NCBI RefSeq assembly: GCF_048263065.1
Contig: NZ_JBLXEM010000003.1
Coordinates: 239,678 to 303,677 of the forward strand
Length of the DNA: 64,000 bases
From: Thioclava sp.
GTDB lineage: Bacteria; Pseudomonadota; Alphaproteobacteria; Rhodobacterales; Rhodobacteraceae
Direction: 5' to 3'
Made by a program: the position numbers and the translations under genes. The first letter of the stretch is position 1. The number at the start of each line of letters is the position of its first letter. This document shows, piece by piece, positions 39,338 to 49,269 of this stretch. The notes beneath the pieces are model-generated. The model was not told the origin of the DNA, did no database searches, and saw nothing but the letters and a program-made list of their open reading frames with translations.

Positions 39338-41428
39338 TTAGCGCGTAGTTTCCCCGCGGCGACGCACTACCACGTCAACCGTGATCGAGGCCAGCAGCAC
39401 CAGTGCGGTTGCCATCAGCTGCACCGCAGCGGGCAGTCCCAGCAGCGCCATGCCGTTCACGATGGCCGCAATCACGACCCCTCCCAGCACCGCATGCAAC
39501 GGATGACCGCGTCCGCCAAACAGGGACGTGCCCCCGATCACCGCCGTTGCCACGACATACAGCACAATCGTACCACCGTCGAAGCTGGTCGAGATCGAGC
39601 GCAGGCGCGAGGCGTAGATAATGCCCCCCATGCCCGCCGTGGTTGCCGCTAGCGTAAAGGCGGCCGTGCGGATCAGGCTAAGGTTGATGCCCGCACGCCG
39701 CGCGGCCTCGGCGTTGCCACCGATGGCCAGAACGTAGCGGCCGAACTTCAGCTTGCCGAGCAGGAACGACCACGCGATCAGCACCGTAAACACAATCGGG
39801 ATCACCCAAGGCATCCCCGAGAGCGGAAAGCGCGCAATCCCGCGATTCATGTTGGAAATAGTGACCAGCACAACCCCCGCCACAACCGCCAGCGCGATTT
39901 TTAGCAGCGTCATTCCCAGTGGCGGTGCGACCAATCCACTGGCCCGCCGCTTGGCGTCCTTGAGATAGGTGAGCGCGGCAAAGACCAGCACCGCTCCGCC
40001 AGTCACGATCCAGCCCATCAGCGGGCTGAGCGTGCCATTGGCGAAGTTGTTGATCATCTCGGACGCAATCGGCACCGTGCCGCCCGCGCCTAATAGCTGG
40101 ATCATCAAGCCGTTAAAGCCCAGCAGACCCGCCAGCGTCACCACGAACGAGGGCAGGCGCAGGCGCGTGATCAGCAAACCCTGCACGATGCCCAGCACCG
40201 CCGTTACGCTAAGCGCCACGATCACAGCCGTCCACCACGGCCAGCCCAGCCCCGGTGCCACCAGCAGCGTCGCCACCGTCGCCCCGATCCCCGCGACAAA
40301 GCCCAGCGACAGGTCGATCTCGCCCAAAAGCAGCACGAAAACCTGCCCCATCCCGATCATCATAAAGACCGAGCCTTGCACCAGCAGGTTCACAAGGTTG
40401 CCATTGGACAGGAATTTGTCGTTCTGAAACTGGAAGATCGCCGAGATCAGCACAAAGCCAAGGATCACCGGCAGCACGCCGCTTTCGCCCGCTTTGACGC
40501 GCGACCAGACGCGGCCCATGTAGCTGCCAAAGCTTTCGGTTTCGCCACTGGTGACGACCGCTGCCGGGCCGCTTTCGCCAGATGCGGCGCGCGCCTCGGC
40601 GACCTCTTTGGCGTTTTCGGCGGCAATCGAGGGCGCGGCGCGCCCCTGTCCGGCAGTCACCACGTGATCGGATTTGCCCGTCGTCATCAGCTCGACCACG
40701 CGCTGCGTATCATAGTCGTCCATCGACCCTTGGCTGACCATCTCACCCAGCCGCAGGATCGCAATATTGTCGGCCACCGCGAACACATCATTGAGGTTAT
40801 GCGAGATCATCACCACCGCCAGCCCCTGATCGGCTAGGCGGCGGACCAGTTGCAGCACCTGACCGGTCTGCGCGACACCCAGCGCGGCGGTGGGTTCGTC
40901 CAAAATCACCAGCTTGGAATTCCACATCACGGCGCGCGCCACCGCAATTGACTGGCGCTGCCCGCCCGAAAGCGAGGCCACCGGCTGGCGGATCGAGCGC
41001 AGGGTCGTGACCCGCAGCCCCGATAGCGTTTCGGCGGCGGCGCGTTCCATCGCGTCCTCGTCCAGCATGCCATTTGTCATAATTTCGCGGCCCAGAAACA
41101 TATTCTGAACCACGTCAAGGTTGTCGCACAGCGCAAGGTCTTGATAGACCACCTCAATGCCCAACGCGGCAGAGTCACGCGGATTGCGCACCCGCACCGT
41201 CTTGCCATCCCATTCGATTGTGCCGCCATCGGCCTCATGGATGCCGGCAATCGTCTTGGTCAGCACGGATTTGCCCGCGCCATTGTCACCCACCAGCGCG
41301 GTCACCTGACCCGGGCGCACGTCGAAATCGACGCCGCTGAGGGCCTGCACCGCGCCGAAACGCTTTTCCAGGCCCCGGATGCGGAGAATCGCATCGCGGG
41401 GCCCGGTCCCATTACCCAAATCGCTCAT
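39338..41428 (-). CDS. fused sugar ABC transporter ATP-binding protein / permease (CUT2-type, single NBD + XylH-like TMD)
   Basis: 696 aa. Residues 1-255 form the NBD (GDNGAGKS, LSGGQRQ, LVILDEPT, ISHNL). An Ala/Ser/Glu-rich linker follows, then about 390 aa of branched-chain/ribose-type permease (...GGNAEAARRAGINL...). Confidence 0.85.
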   Translation of the reverse strand: MSDLGNGTGPRDAILRIRGLEKRFGAVQALSGVDFDVRPGQVTALVGDNGAGKSVLTKTIAGIHEADGGTIEWDGKTVRVRNPRDSAALGIEVVYQDLALCDNLDVVQNMFLGREIMTNGMLDEDAMERAAAETLSGLRVTTLRSIRQPVASLSGGQRQSIAVARAVMWNSKLVILDEPTAALGVAQTGQVLQLVRRLADQGLAVVMISHNLNDVFAVADNIAILRLGEMVSQGSMDDYDTQRVVELMTTGKSDHVVTAGQGRAAPSIAAENAKEVAEARAASGESGPAAVVTSGETESFGSYMGRVWSRVKAGESGVLPVILGFVLISAIFQFQNDKFLSNGNLVNLLVQGSVFMMIGMGQVFVLLLGEIDLSLGFVAGIGATVATLLVAPGLGWPWWTAVIVALSVTAVLGIVQGLLITRLRLPSFVVTLAGLLGFNGLMIQLLGAGGTVPIASEMINNFANGTLSPLMGWIVTGGAVLVFAALTYLKDAKRRASGLVAPPLGMTLLKIALAVVAGVVLVTISNMNRGIARFPLSGMPWVIPIVFTVLIAWSFLLGKLKFGRYVLAIGGNAEAARRAGINLSLIRTAAFTLAATTAGMGGIIYASRLRSISTSFDGGTIVLYVVATAVIGGTSLFGGRGHPLHAVLGGVVIAAIVNGMALLGLPAAVQLMATALVLLASITVDVVVRRRGETTR

Positions 41429-41434
41429 CGGCTA

Positions 41435-42619
41435 TCAGTTCCCGATGCCAGCGGCTTTGCACGCATCCGCAGCATCACCGGTGCACAGCTTGGCGACATC
41501 GACGAAGTTGTCTTTGACCACGGTGTCAGCAAGGTTCTTCGCTGTCACCCAGATCGGCACCATCAGAATCGAGGGCACTTCCTTGTTTTGCGAACTGTCC
41601 ATCGTTTGACCGTTGATCAAACCCTCGGGCGGAGTTTCGCCCGCACGCACATAAAGCGCCAAGGCGGCGGCCGCTTGCGCCTCAAGATAGATTGGCTTGT
41701 AGACGGTGCCGCATTGATAGCCGGTCAGGATGTTTTGCAGCCCGGTGACAGTCGCATCCTGCCCGGTCGTCGGGAAGGTGTTCGGCGGCACTCTGAGGGT
41801 CTTGAGATACGAGATCACCGCATTTGCGTTGTCGTCATTGGGGGTCACAACCGCGTTGATATTCTCATGTGCGGTGAATTGCTGCTCAAACGTCGTGCGC
41901 GCGACTGAGGGGTCCCAAGTGCCCGCAGGCTCGCCCGCGTTATTATAGGTGCCATCGTCGAATTTCGGCTTGAGAACATCCATATAGCCCTGCTTGAACA
42001 GCGTGGCGTTGTTGTCGTCGGGCGAGCCTGCCATCACGAGGATATCGGGGTCGGCGACTTTCCAATCGGCCAGACATTCTTCCATGCCCTGACCGATCAG
42101 CTTGCCCACCGAGACGTTGTCAAAGCTGATATAGTAATCGCGCGAGCCGCCAACGGTCAGACGGTCATAGTCGATCACCGCCACGCCACGTTCCTTGGCG
42201 TATTGTTCAACCGCAGCGCCGCCGCCCGACGAGATCGGATCCAGCAGCAAAACGGTCGCGCCTTGCGAAATATCGGTCTGCGCTTGGGTGAGCTGGTCAG
42301 CCTCTGAACCTTGCGCGTTCGAGATGATCAGATCATCACTCGAAAGCCCAGCCATCTCGAAGGCTTTCTTCAGATAGGGCTCGTCAAACGAGGTGTAGCG
42401 CGCCGAGCTGGCCGTGTCGGGCAGCAAAACGCCGATCTTGCCCTTGCCCTTGGCGGTGACGTCCTTGAGCTTGGCCATCGCTGCGAAATCGGCCCCGAAA
42501 TCGGATGCGCTGACGTCTTGGGCTTGCGCGGCCATGCCACACAGCCCAAGCGCGATCGCGCTAGTGCCAGCAAGACGGATCAATGCCGAAGCCGGCGTAA
42601 GAGGGGTGCGTTTGGTCAT
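41435..42619 (-). CDS. sugar ABC transporter substrate-binding protein (xylose/ribose-binding family)
   Basis: 394 aa with a signal peptide and a periplasmic-binding-protein type I pattern (KIGVLLPDTASSARY...). It lies upstream of the fused ATPase-permease gene. Confidence 0.8.
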   Translation of the reverse strand: MTKRTPLTPASALIRLAGTSAIALGLCGMAAQAQDVSASDFGADFAAMAKLKDVTAKGKGKIGVLLPDTASSARYTSFDEPYLKKAFEMAGLSSDDLIISNAQGSEADQLTQAQTDISQGATVLLLDPISSGGGAAVEQYAKERGVAVIDYDRLTVGGSRDYYISFDNVSVGKLIGQGMEECLADWKVADPDILVMAGSPDDNNATLFKQGYMDVLKPKFDDGTYNNAGEPAGTWDPSVARTTFEQQFTAHENINAVVTPNDDNANAVISYLKTLRVPPNTFPTTGQDATVTGLQNILTGYQCGTVYKPIYLEAQAAAALALYVRAGETPPEGLINGQTMDSSQNKEVPSILMVPIWVTAKNLADTVVKDNFVDVAKLCTGDAADACKAAGIGN

Positions 42620-42938
42620 GAAATTCCTCCAGAAACCGGGTCATATCCTCCTCTGCCTGACGCAATTTCGCGATCAGTCCTAGCTCTGCGCAACGCAGCA
42701 GGGCGCGTGACCCGGCGGGGCACGCCCTGTTAGCGATATCATGGCGCAAATTCGGCCCACGCAAAGAGGGCGAAGGGTTACACGGGGTCACGACTTCGTG
42801 TTGCCGCGCTGCAGCGGACCGCATGTGACTAAATCTAGTGGAGGGTGCGTTGTCCAGACACTTGGCAAGAGCGCCCTCTTGCCCCCGCGCCGCCCCTGTC
42901 CTAGAAGGCGAAACACGCCTTTCAGACAGGATGCGGAC

Positions 42939-44456
42939 ATGCTCGATCATCTCGAATTCACCTCGCCTCAGCCCAAGGTCATTGCCGGGGCCCAATCGGA
43001 TTGGGAATTGGTCATCGGGCTTGAGGTGCACGCGCAGGTCGCCTCGAATGCGAAACTGTTCTCGGGGGCCTCTACCACCTTCGGTTCCGAACCCAATTCC
43101 AACGTCGCTTTTGTGGATGCCGCGATGCCCGGCATGCTGCCCGTGATCAACGAGTTTTGCGTGGCGCAAGCAGTGCGCACTGGGCTGGGCCTCAAGGCCG
43201 AGATCAATCTGCGTTCGGCCTTTGATCGCAAGAACTACTTCTACCCCGATCTGCCGCAGGGCTATCAGATTTCCCAGCTTTACCATCCCATCGTCGGCGA
43301 GGGCGAAATCATCGTCGATATGGGGCCGGGCGTCGCGCGCAAGGTTCGCGTGGAGCGGATTCACCTTGAACAAGACGCGGGTAAATCAATTCACGACATG
43401 GACCCGAACATGTCCTTCGTCGATCTCAACCGTACCGGTGTGGCGCTGATGGAAATCGTCAGCCGCCCCGATATTCGTGGCCCCGAAGAGGCCGCCGCCT
43501 ATGTCGCCAAGCTGCGCCAGATCCTGCGCTATCTGGGCACCTGCGATGGCAACATGCAAAACGGCAACCTGCGCGCCGATGTGAACGTCTCGATCTGCAA
43601 GCCGGGTGCCTATGAGAAGTATCAGGAAACGCAAGATTTCGTCCATCTCGGTACGCGCTGCGAGATCAAGAATATGAACTCAATGCGCTTTATTCAGGCA
43701 GCCATTGAATATGAAGCCCGCCGCCAAATCGCCATCGTCGAAGACGGTGGCAAGGTCGTGCAGGAAACCCGCCTCTATGATCCCGATAAGGGCGAGACGC
43801 GCTCGATGCGCTCCAAGGAAGAGGCGCATGATTACCGCTATTTCCCGTGCCCCGATCTGCTGCCGTTGGAGATCGAACAAGCTTGGGTCGATGATATCGC
43901 AGCTTCGATGCCCGAACTGCCAGATGGAAAAAAAGCGCGCTTTGTTCAGGAATTCGCGCTGTCAGAATATGACGCCTCGGTACTGACGGCAGATGTCGAA
44001 AGCGCCAATTATTTTGAGGCCGTGGTGGCGCAAGCAGGTGATGGCAAGCTGGCCGCCAACTGGGTCATCAATGAACTGTTCGGCCGTCTGAAAAAGGACG
44101 ACGCCGAGATCACCGCCAGCCCGGTTTCGCCCGAGCAACTGGGCGCGATCATCAAGCTGATCAAGTCCGATGCGATCTCGGGCAAAATCGCCAAGGATCT
44201 GTTCGAAATCGTCTACACCGAAGGCGGCGACCCCGAGCAGATCGTCGAGGCGCGCGGTATGAAACAGGTGACCGACACCGGCGCGATTGAGGCCGCCGTG
44301 GACGCCGTGATTGCTGCCAACCCCGATCAGGTCGAAAAAGCCCGCGCCAACCCGAAACTGGCGGGCTGGTTCGTCGGCCAGGTTATCAAAGCCTCGGGCG
44401 GCAAAGCCAACCCCAAAGCGGTCAACGAATTGGTGGCGCAAAAGCTGGGATTGTAA
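42939..44456 (+). CDS. gatB: Asp-tRNA(Asn)/Glu-tRNA(Gln) amidotransferase subunit B
   Basis: 505 aa from ATG 42939: ...[13 protein letters not shown]...[18 protein letters not shown]... Confidence 0.95.
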   Translation: MLDHLEFTSPQPKVIAGAQSDWELVIGLEVHAQVASNAKLFSGASTTFGSEPNSNVAFVDAAMPGMLPVINEFCVAQAVRTGLGLKAEINLRSAFDRKNYFYPDLPQGYQISQLYHPIVGEGEIIVDMGPGVARKVRVERIHLEQDAGKSIHDMDPNMSFVDLNRTGVALMEIVSRPDIRGPEEAAAYVAKLRQILRYLGTCDGNMQNGNLRADVNVSICKPGAYEKYQETQDFVHLGTRCEIKNMNSMRFIQAAIEYEARRQIAIVEDGGKVVQETRLYDPDKGETRSMRSKEEAHDYRYFPCPDLLPLEIEQAWVDDIAASMPELPDGKKARFVQEFALSEYDASVLTADVESANYFEAVVAQAGDGKLAANWVINELFGRLKKDDAEITASPVSPEQLGAIIKLIKSDAISGKIAKDLFEIVYTEGGDPEQIVEARGMKQVTDTGAIEAAVDAVIAANPDQVEKARANPKLAGWFVGQVIKASGGKANPKAVNELVAQKLGL

Positions 44457-44476
44457 GCGCGATTCCCCTCGCAGTC

Positions 44477-44503
44477 AGGGCGCCTCCGGGCGCCCTTTTC
44501 GTT
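44477..44503 (+). terminator. Rho-independent terminator after gatB
   Basis: AGGGCGCC-tccg-GGCGCCCT followed by TTTCGTTT. Confidence 0.8.
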
Positions 44504-44570
44504 TGCCACCTTTGGCCCCTCACCCTAGGTTGACCCCCGATAGTCAGTTGAGACGAGTAGGATTGTAAGT

Positions 44571-45542
44571 ATGAGTGGTTTGCTGGCATTGCTTGACGAT
44601 GTGGCGGGGATTGCCAAGATCGCGGCGACCTCGATTGACGATGCGGCAGGCCAAGCGGTGCAGGCGGGGGGCAAGGCGGCAGGCGCGCTGATTGACGACG
44701 CGGCCGTAACGCCGAAATATGTTCACGGGTTCGAACCGGCGCGCGAGTTGCCAATCGTGGGGAAAATCGCGCTCGGTTCGATCAAGAACAAGCTGATTTT
44801 TCTGTTGCCAGCGGCGCTTTTGCTGTCGTCCTTTGCGCCTTGGACGATCACGCCGCTGTTGATGCTGGGCGGGTCTTACCTGTGCTTTGAGGGCGGCGAA
44901 AAAGTCTATCATCTGTTCAAACCGCATGTGCCCGACGCCGAGGGGCATATCGCGGCGCAAACCGCCGATCACCTTGAAGAGTCCCGTGTCAAAGCGGCTG
45001 TGAAGACTGATTTCATCCTGTCCGCAGAGATCATGACAATCGGGCTGGCTGCGCTTCCGCCTGCGCAAAACATCTGGATGGAGGCGCTGGCCCTCGCGAT
45101 CATCGGGATCGGTGTGACGGTGGTGGTTTATGGCAGCGTGGCGCTGATCGTTAAGGCCGATGATGCGGGGCTATGGCTGTGCAAAAACGGCAAATTCGCG
45201 CCCACCCGCGCGCTTGGTCATGGCATCGTCAAGCTGATGCCGTGGCTGATGAAAGTGCTGATGACGGTGGGCACGGCAGCGATGATCTGGGTGGGCGGAA
45301 ATATCGTGCTGCACGGACTGGCCGAGCTGGGCTGGCACACGCCCTACGACTGGATTCACCATCAGGCCGAGGCCGCCGCCCATGCCGTCGGCAAGGCCGA
45401 GGGCTTTGTCGCCTGGGCCGTCACCGCGTTTTTCGATGGCATCTTCGGGCTGGCTTATGGGCTGGTGCTGATCCCTGTCGTAACTCGCCTCATTCAACCG
45501 CTTTACCGCCTGCTTACGGGCAAGAAAAAAGCCGCGCACTGA
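44571..45542 (+). CDS. DUF808 domain-containing membrane protein (YedI-like)
   Basis: 323 aa: MSGLLALLDDVAGIAKIAATSIDDAAGQA...AVTPKYV... Confidence 0.8.
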   Translation: MSGLLALLDDVAGIAKIAATSIDDAAGQAVQAGGKAAGALIDDAAVTPKYVHGFEPARELPIVGKIALGSIKNKLIFLLPAALLLSSFAPWTITPLLMLGGSYLCFEGGEKVYHLFKPHVPDAEGHIAAQTADHLEESRVKAAVKTDFILSAEIMTIGLAALPPAQNIWMEALALAIIGIGVTVVVYGSVALIVKADDAGLWLCKNGKFAPTRALGHGIVKLMPWLMKVLMTVGTAAMIWVGGNIVLHGLAELGWHTPYDWIHHQAEAAAHAVGKAEGFVAWAVTAFFDGIFGLAYGLVLIPVVTRLIQPLYRLLTGKKKAAH

Positions 45543-45558
45543 TCGCACGCGGCTTTTT
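45531..45558 (+). terminator. Rho-independent terminator after the DUF808 gene
   Basis: GCCGCG (45531-36) / CGCGGC (45548-53) followed by TTTTT. The stop codon lies in the loop. Confidence 0.75.
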
Positions 45559-45565
45559 CATCTAG

Positions 45566-45630
45566 CGATAAATACTCCGGGGGAGGCTGACAAAGTTTTG
45601 GCTTTGTCAGTTGGGGGCAGCGCCCCCTCC
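45566..45630. repeat. GC-rich intergenic repeat, composite copy with a nested hairpin
   Basis: The head ATAAATACTCCGGGGGAGG is followed by the inserted hairpin CTGACAAAG-ttttgg-CTTTGTCAG and the tail TTGGGGGCAGCGCCCCCTCC. Head and tail match the copy at 49157-49210. Confidence 0.6.
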
Positions 45631-45631
45631 G

Positions 45632-46837
45632 TCAGTTCAGATAAGGCATCGGGTCGATAGACTCGATTCCCTTGCGCACCTCGAAATGCAGATAGCCCGG
45701 ATCGCCCGATGCGACCTTGGCGATCGTCTGACCGCGCTTGACGCTGGCACCTTTCTTCACGCTCAGGCCGGTAACGTTGTAATAGACCGTGACCAGATTA
45801 TCGGCATGTTTGAGCGCAAGGAACGACACATCATCGGTGTCTTGCGAGATCAACAGAACGGTGCCTGCCTCCGCGGCTTTGACAGCAGTGCCGGGGCTTG
45901 CAGAAATGTCGATCCCGTCATTTTTGCCCTTCTTGAACGGGCGAATGATCGCACCTGACACCGGCATCGACATCTTGGCGCTACTTGAGGCGCTGGTGCG
46001 TTCATTGCTCATGTCGGGCACGCTGGATTTATCCACCGGGGCCGAGGCTTTGGGCGGCACGGTTTTGGGCAGGGGCTCGGCCGCCGAAGGCGGAACCGGG
46101 GTCGGTGAGCCGGTGCCGGGAACAGTAGTCGTGCTTGCGGTTTCCACCTTGGCCGGTTGGCGGCTTGAGGCGACCGGGATCAGCAGAACCTGACCCTCGC
46201 GCACGCTCAGATCGTTGGGTAACCCGTTCCATTGCGCCAGCGCCTTGACCGGCACATTGTAATAACGCGCGATCGAATAGGCGGTCTCACCGCGCGCCAC
46301 CTTGTGGCGGGTCGGCTCGGGGCTGGTGGCCGTTACTGCTGCCGGGGCGGCGGGGCGCGCGCTTTGGCCCGATTGCGAATTGTCGATCGCGTTTGACGCC
46401 AGCGAGGTGATATCAATCGTATCTGCGGTTAGCGCGCTGGGGTTGGTGCCCATGCCTGTCGTGCCATCCGCAGTAGCGCCGCCGCCAACCTTGCTGGGCA
46501 GGGCCAGAACTTCGCCCGCGTTCAGCACCGCATTGGGGGCCACCGCGTTGTAGCGTGCCAGTGCGCCGGGATCGGTGCCGATACGCTGGGCCACGGCGGT
46601 CACTGTCTCTCCGCGATTGGCCACGACGACCTGATAGTTAGGATAGGTGATGATGCCGCGACTATCGGGGCGCGGGCGATCTTGCACGGCCTGACGCGCG
46701 GCGTCGGTGGTATCCAAGCCCCCCGAACCAAAGCGGCGCAGGTCCATGTCGAAGCCTTGCTGATCGCACGCCGCCAGCGTGCCTGCGGCAACCCCTGCCA
46801 CAAGGATCAGCCGCAGCCGGGAGTTTCTCAATGACAT
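45632..46837 (-). CDS. nlpD: LysM/M23 peptidase-domain lipoprotein (NlpD-like)
   Basis: Lipobox LAAC, two LysM-like repeats (...YQVVVANRGETVTAVAQRIG..., ...HKVARGETAYSIARYYNV...) and a C-terminal M23 domain. It sits in surE-pcm-nlpD synteny. Confidence 0.85.
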   Translation of the reverse strand: MSLRNSRLRLILVAGVAAGTLAACDQQGFDMDLRRFGSGGLDTTDAARQAVQDRPRPDSRGIITYPNYQVVVANRGETVTAVAQRIGTDPGALARYNAVAPNAVLNAGEVLALPSKVGGGATADGTTGMGTNPSALTADTIDITSLASNAIDNSQSGQSARPAAPAAVTATSPEPTRHKVARGETAYSIARYYNVPVKALAQWNGLPNDLSVREGQVLLIPVASSRQPAKVETASTTTVPGTGSPTPVPPSAAEPLPKTVPPKASAPVDKSSVPDMSNERTSASSSAKMSMPVSGAIIRPFKKGKNDGIDISASPGTAVKAAEAGTVLLISQDTDDVSFLALKHADNLVTVYYNVTGLSVKKGASVKRGQTIAKVASGDPGYLHFEVRKGIESIDPMPYLN

Positions 46838-46899
46838 CCGCTCGTCCTCACTGTTTGCCGGGCCTCTGGGGGCCCTTTTCATATCTATCGTCCTGCCCG

Positions 46900-47556
46900 T
46901 CAATCATTCGCCATGCCCTCAACCAAAGGAACAAAGCGCACCGGGCGCAATTCTTCATAGTCAAACCCGACCTCAAGGCGTTGCACCCGGATCAGGCTTT
47001 GCACCGTGTCGGACTGACCTACGGGCAAGACCATGATACCGCCGATCTTGAGCTGCGCCAATAGGGGGCCGGGCGGGTCTTCGGCGGCGGCGGTCACGAG
47101 TATTCTATCGAACGGGGCCTGATCTGGTAACCCGCGTGAGCCATCGCCCGCAATCGTCACGATATTGGGGATCGACATGGCGGCAAACAGCGCCTCGGAA
47201 TCGCGCGCCAAACGGCGATGGCGATCCACGGTGTACACGCGGCGTGCAAGCTGACTGAGCACAGCCGCCTGATAGCCCGAGCCGGTCCCGATCTCCAGAA
47301 CGGTATCGCGCGGCCCGACTTTCAGCGCCTGCGTCATCAGCCCCACCACCGAGGGCTGGCTGATCGTCTGACCGCATGCGATGGGCAGCGGCATATCCTC
47401 ATAGGCGCGCTCGGCAAACAAGCCGCGCACAAAGCGGCCCCGGTCGATGGCCTCCATCGCGTTCAGCGTGCGCGCATCGGTAACGCCTTTGGAACGCAGC
47501 GCAAAGAGAAACCGCATCTTACGCTCTGCCAGGTTCTCTTGCGCCTCTTTGCTCAT
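46900..47556 (-). CDS. pcm: protein-L-isoaspartate O-methyltransferase
   Basis: 218 aa with ...[15 protein letters not shown]...[15 protein letters not shown]... Confidence 0.93.
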   Translation of the reverse strand: MSKEAQENLAERKMRFLFALRSKGVTDARTLNAMEAIDRGRFVRGLFAERAYEDMPLPIACGQTISQPSVVGLMTQALKVGPRDTVLEIGTGSGYQAAVLSQLARRVYTVDRHRRLARDSEALFAAMSIPNIVTIAGDGSRGLPDQAPFDRILVTAAAEDPPGPLLAQLKIGGIMVLPVGQSDTVQSLIRVQRLEVGFDYEELRPVRFVPLVEGMAND

Positions 47557-48338
47557 CCCAAACGTGCCTCAAGATCGCTTAGCACGTCATGGGCGGTCAG
47601 ATCGGCGCGCATCGGCGTCACCGATATGTAGCCGTCCAGATTGGCTTCCGCGTCGGTGCCCGGCGCGGTGGGCGTGTGCTGCGGGCCACCCTTGACCCAC
47701 AAGAACCGCCGCCCCGAGGGCGCGTGATGGGGTTCGACGCCAAAATAGCAATCCTTGCGAAAGCCCTGCGCGACGACCTTGTGGCCCTTGACGTCAGCGG
47801 CCAGCACCGGCGGGAAATTCACGTTGTAAAACACCCGGTAATCACCATCATCCCAGATACCATTGGCCCACAGCCTGCGCACCAAAGCCGCGCCATGCAC
47901 GCGCGCGGCCTCGAACATGTCGGGCGCGTCAAACACCAGCGGCCCCAAGAACTGCGACAGCGCAATCGCAGGCACACCTTGCAAAGCCGCCTCCATCGCG
48001 CCGCCCAAAGTGCCGGAATAAAGCGCGTTATCAGCTGAATTATTGCCCCGGTTCACGCCCGACAATACCAGATCGGGGCGCTGCCCCTCTAGCACGTCAT
48101 ACAGCCCGGCCAGCACGCAATCGGCAGGACTGCCCTCGGTCGCGTAGCGGCGCTCTGCGAGCTTGGAAATCATCATCGGGCGGGTGTAGGAAATGCAATG
48201 GCCGACGCCCGATTGCTCAAAGGCGGGCGCGACTGTCCAGACCTCGCCATCTGGCCCTGCGACCTCAGCGGCGATTTCGGTAAGTACCTTAAGCCCGGGC
48301 GCTTCAATCCCGTCGTCATTGGTAATGAGAATGCGCAT
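47553..48338 (-). CDS. surE: 5'/3'-nucleotidase SurE
   Basis: [16 protein letters not shown]...SGVNRGNN...; 261 aa. Confidence 0.95.
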   Translation of the reverse strand: MRILITNDDGIEAPGLKVLTEIAAEVAGPDGEVWTVAPAFEQSGVGHCISYTRPMMISKLAERRYATEGSPADCVLAGLYDVLEGQRPDLVLSGVNRGNNSADNALYSGTLGGAMEAALQGVPAIALSQFLGPLVFDAPDMFEAARVHGAALVRRLWANGIWDDGDYRVFYNVNFPPVLAADVKGHKVVAQGFRKDCYFGVEPHHAPSGRRFLWVKGGPQHTPTAPGTDAEANLDGYISVTPMRADLTAHDVLSDLEARLG

Positions 48339-48404
48339 GTGGCCCCCGAAAATGCTGGCTGTCTGCCCTGCTTAACGCGGGTGGGCTGCGGGGTAAAGCG
48401 GGGC

Positions 48405-49067
48405 TTAAAGCGCGTCCAGAATGCGGCGCGCCTCGGTATGGCGATCCGCTAGCTTCTCGCGGTCCTCGCCGGGGAAGAAACGCCCGCGCAGCGCGGTGGC
48501 CATCGGGGCGGGCTGGGCGATCACAACACGCGGCCCGAGCTTGGTGGTTTCGGCCTGCCAACTGCGCACCAGCGCCATCTGCGCAGCTTTCGTCGCGCCG
48601 TAAATCCCAAAGAATTTTTGCCCCGCGCGGTCATCGTCGAAAAACAACGCCGTGCCTTTGCGCGCCAGCAAAAGCGGCTCGATCAGCCCGATCAACTGCG
48701 CCGTGGCGGTCAGGTTGACGGCGGTCGATGTCGCCAACTCCTTGGCGTCGATATGCGCTGTGGGCGACAGCGGCGCTGCATGGATCGCGCAATGTGCCCA
48801 AAGATCGACCCCACCCCAGCGCGCGGCCAGCGAATTGGCCAGATGCGCCATTTGATCGGGGTCGCTGACATCGAGCGGCCCAAGCGAGGCGGTGCCGCCA
48901 AGCGCCTGCACCCGATCATCAAGCTCTTCAAGCGCGCCGGATGTGCGCGCCACGGCCATGACGTGATAGCCGTCCGCAGCCAGCGCCTCGGCCAATGCTG
49001 CCCCCAGGCCGCGCGAGGCGCCGGTGATAAGGGCGAGTTTTTTATCTTGCGTCGGATCTGTGCTCAT
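48405..49067 (-). CDS. SDR family oxidoreductase
   Basis: 220 aa from ATG 49067 with LALITGASRGLGAALAEAL and the YGATKAA catalytic motif. The upstream ORF extension runs through a repeat element. Confidence 0.8.
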   Translation of the reverse strand: MSTDPTQDKKLALITGASRGLGAALAEALAADGYHVMAVARTSGALEELDDRVQALGGTASLGPLDVSDPDQMAHLANSLAARWGGVDLWAHCAIHAAPLSPTAHIDAKELATSTAVNLTATAQLIGLIEPLLLARKGTALFFDDDRAGQKFFGIYGATKAAQMALVRSWQAETTKLGPRVVIAQPAPMATALRGRFFPGEDREKLADRHTEARRILDAL

Positions 49068-49156
49068 GGGGGCAGTCTTTGCCACCGCACGCGCGTCCTT
49101 GCAAGAGCGCACACAGGGATGCGACGCAATCGCGCGGCTCCCTTCTTCCTCTTGAT

Positions 49157-49210
49157 CGAAATATCCCGGGGGAGGGCGCAGGCCGGGGGGCAGCGCCCCC
49201 CTTCGCGACG
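49157..49210. repeat. GC-rich intergenic repeat copy
   Basis: CGAAATATCCCGGGGGAGGGCGCAGGCCGGGGGGCAGCGCCCCCCTTCGCGACG contains the hairpin GGGGGGC-agc-GCCCCCC. Confidence 0.6.
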
Positions 49211-49211
49211 T

Positions 49212-49249
49212 CAAAATGCAAAACGGGCCGAAGGTTTCCCCCCGGCCCG
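49212..49249 (-). terminator. Rho-independent terminator after gltA
   Basis: CGGGCCG (49224-30) / CGGCCCG (49243-49) forms the stem. On the minus strand it is followed by TTTTGCATTTT. Confidence 0.7.
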
Positions 49250-49269
49250 CAAAGCTTTGTGCAACCGGC

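Noticed and set aside
42864-42923. Two hairpins (GGCAAGAG-cgcc-CTCTTGCC and GAAGGCG-aaaca-CGCCTTT) just upstream of the gatB start, considered as a leader, attenuator or riboswitch.
   Set aside because: They have no T-run, no alternative-pairing partner and no resemblance to a riboswitch class I know. The structures are short enough to arise by chance in GC-rich DNA. They are noted only as a low-priority item.
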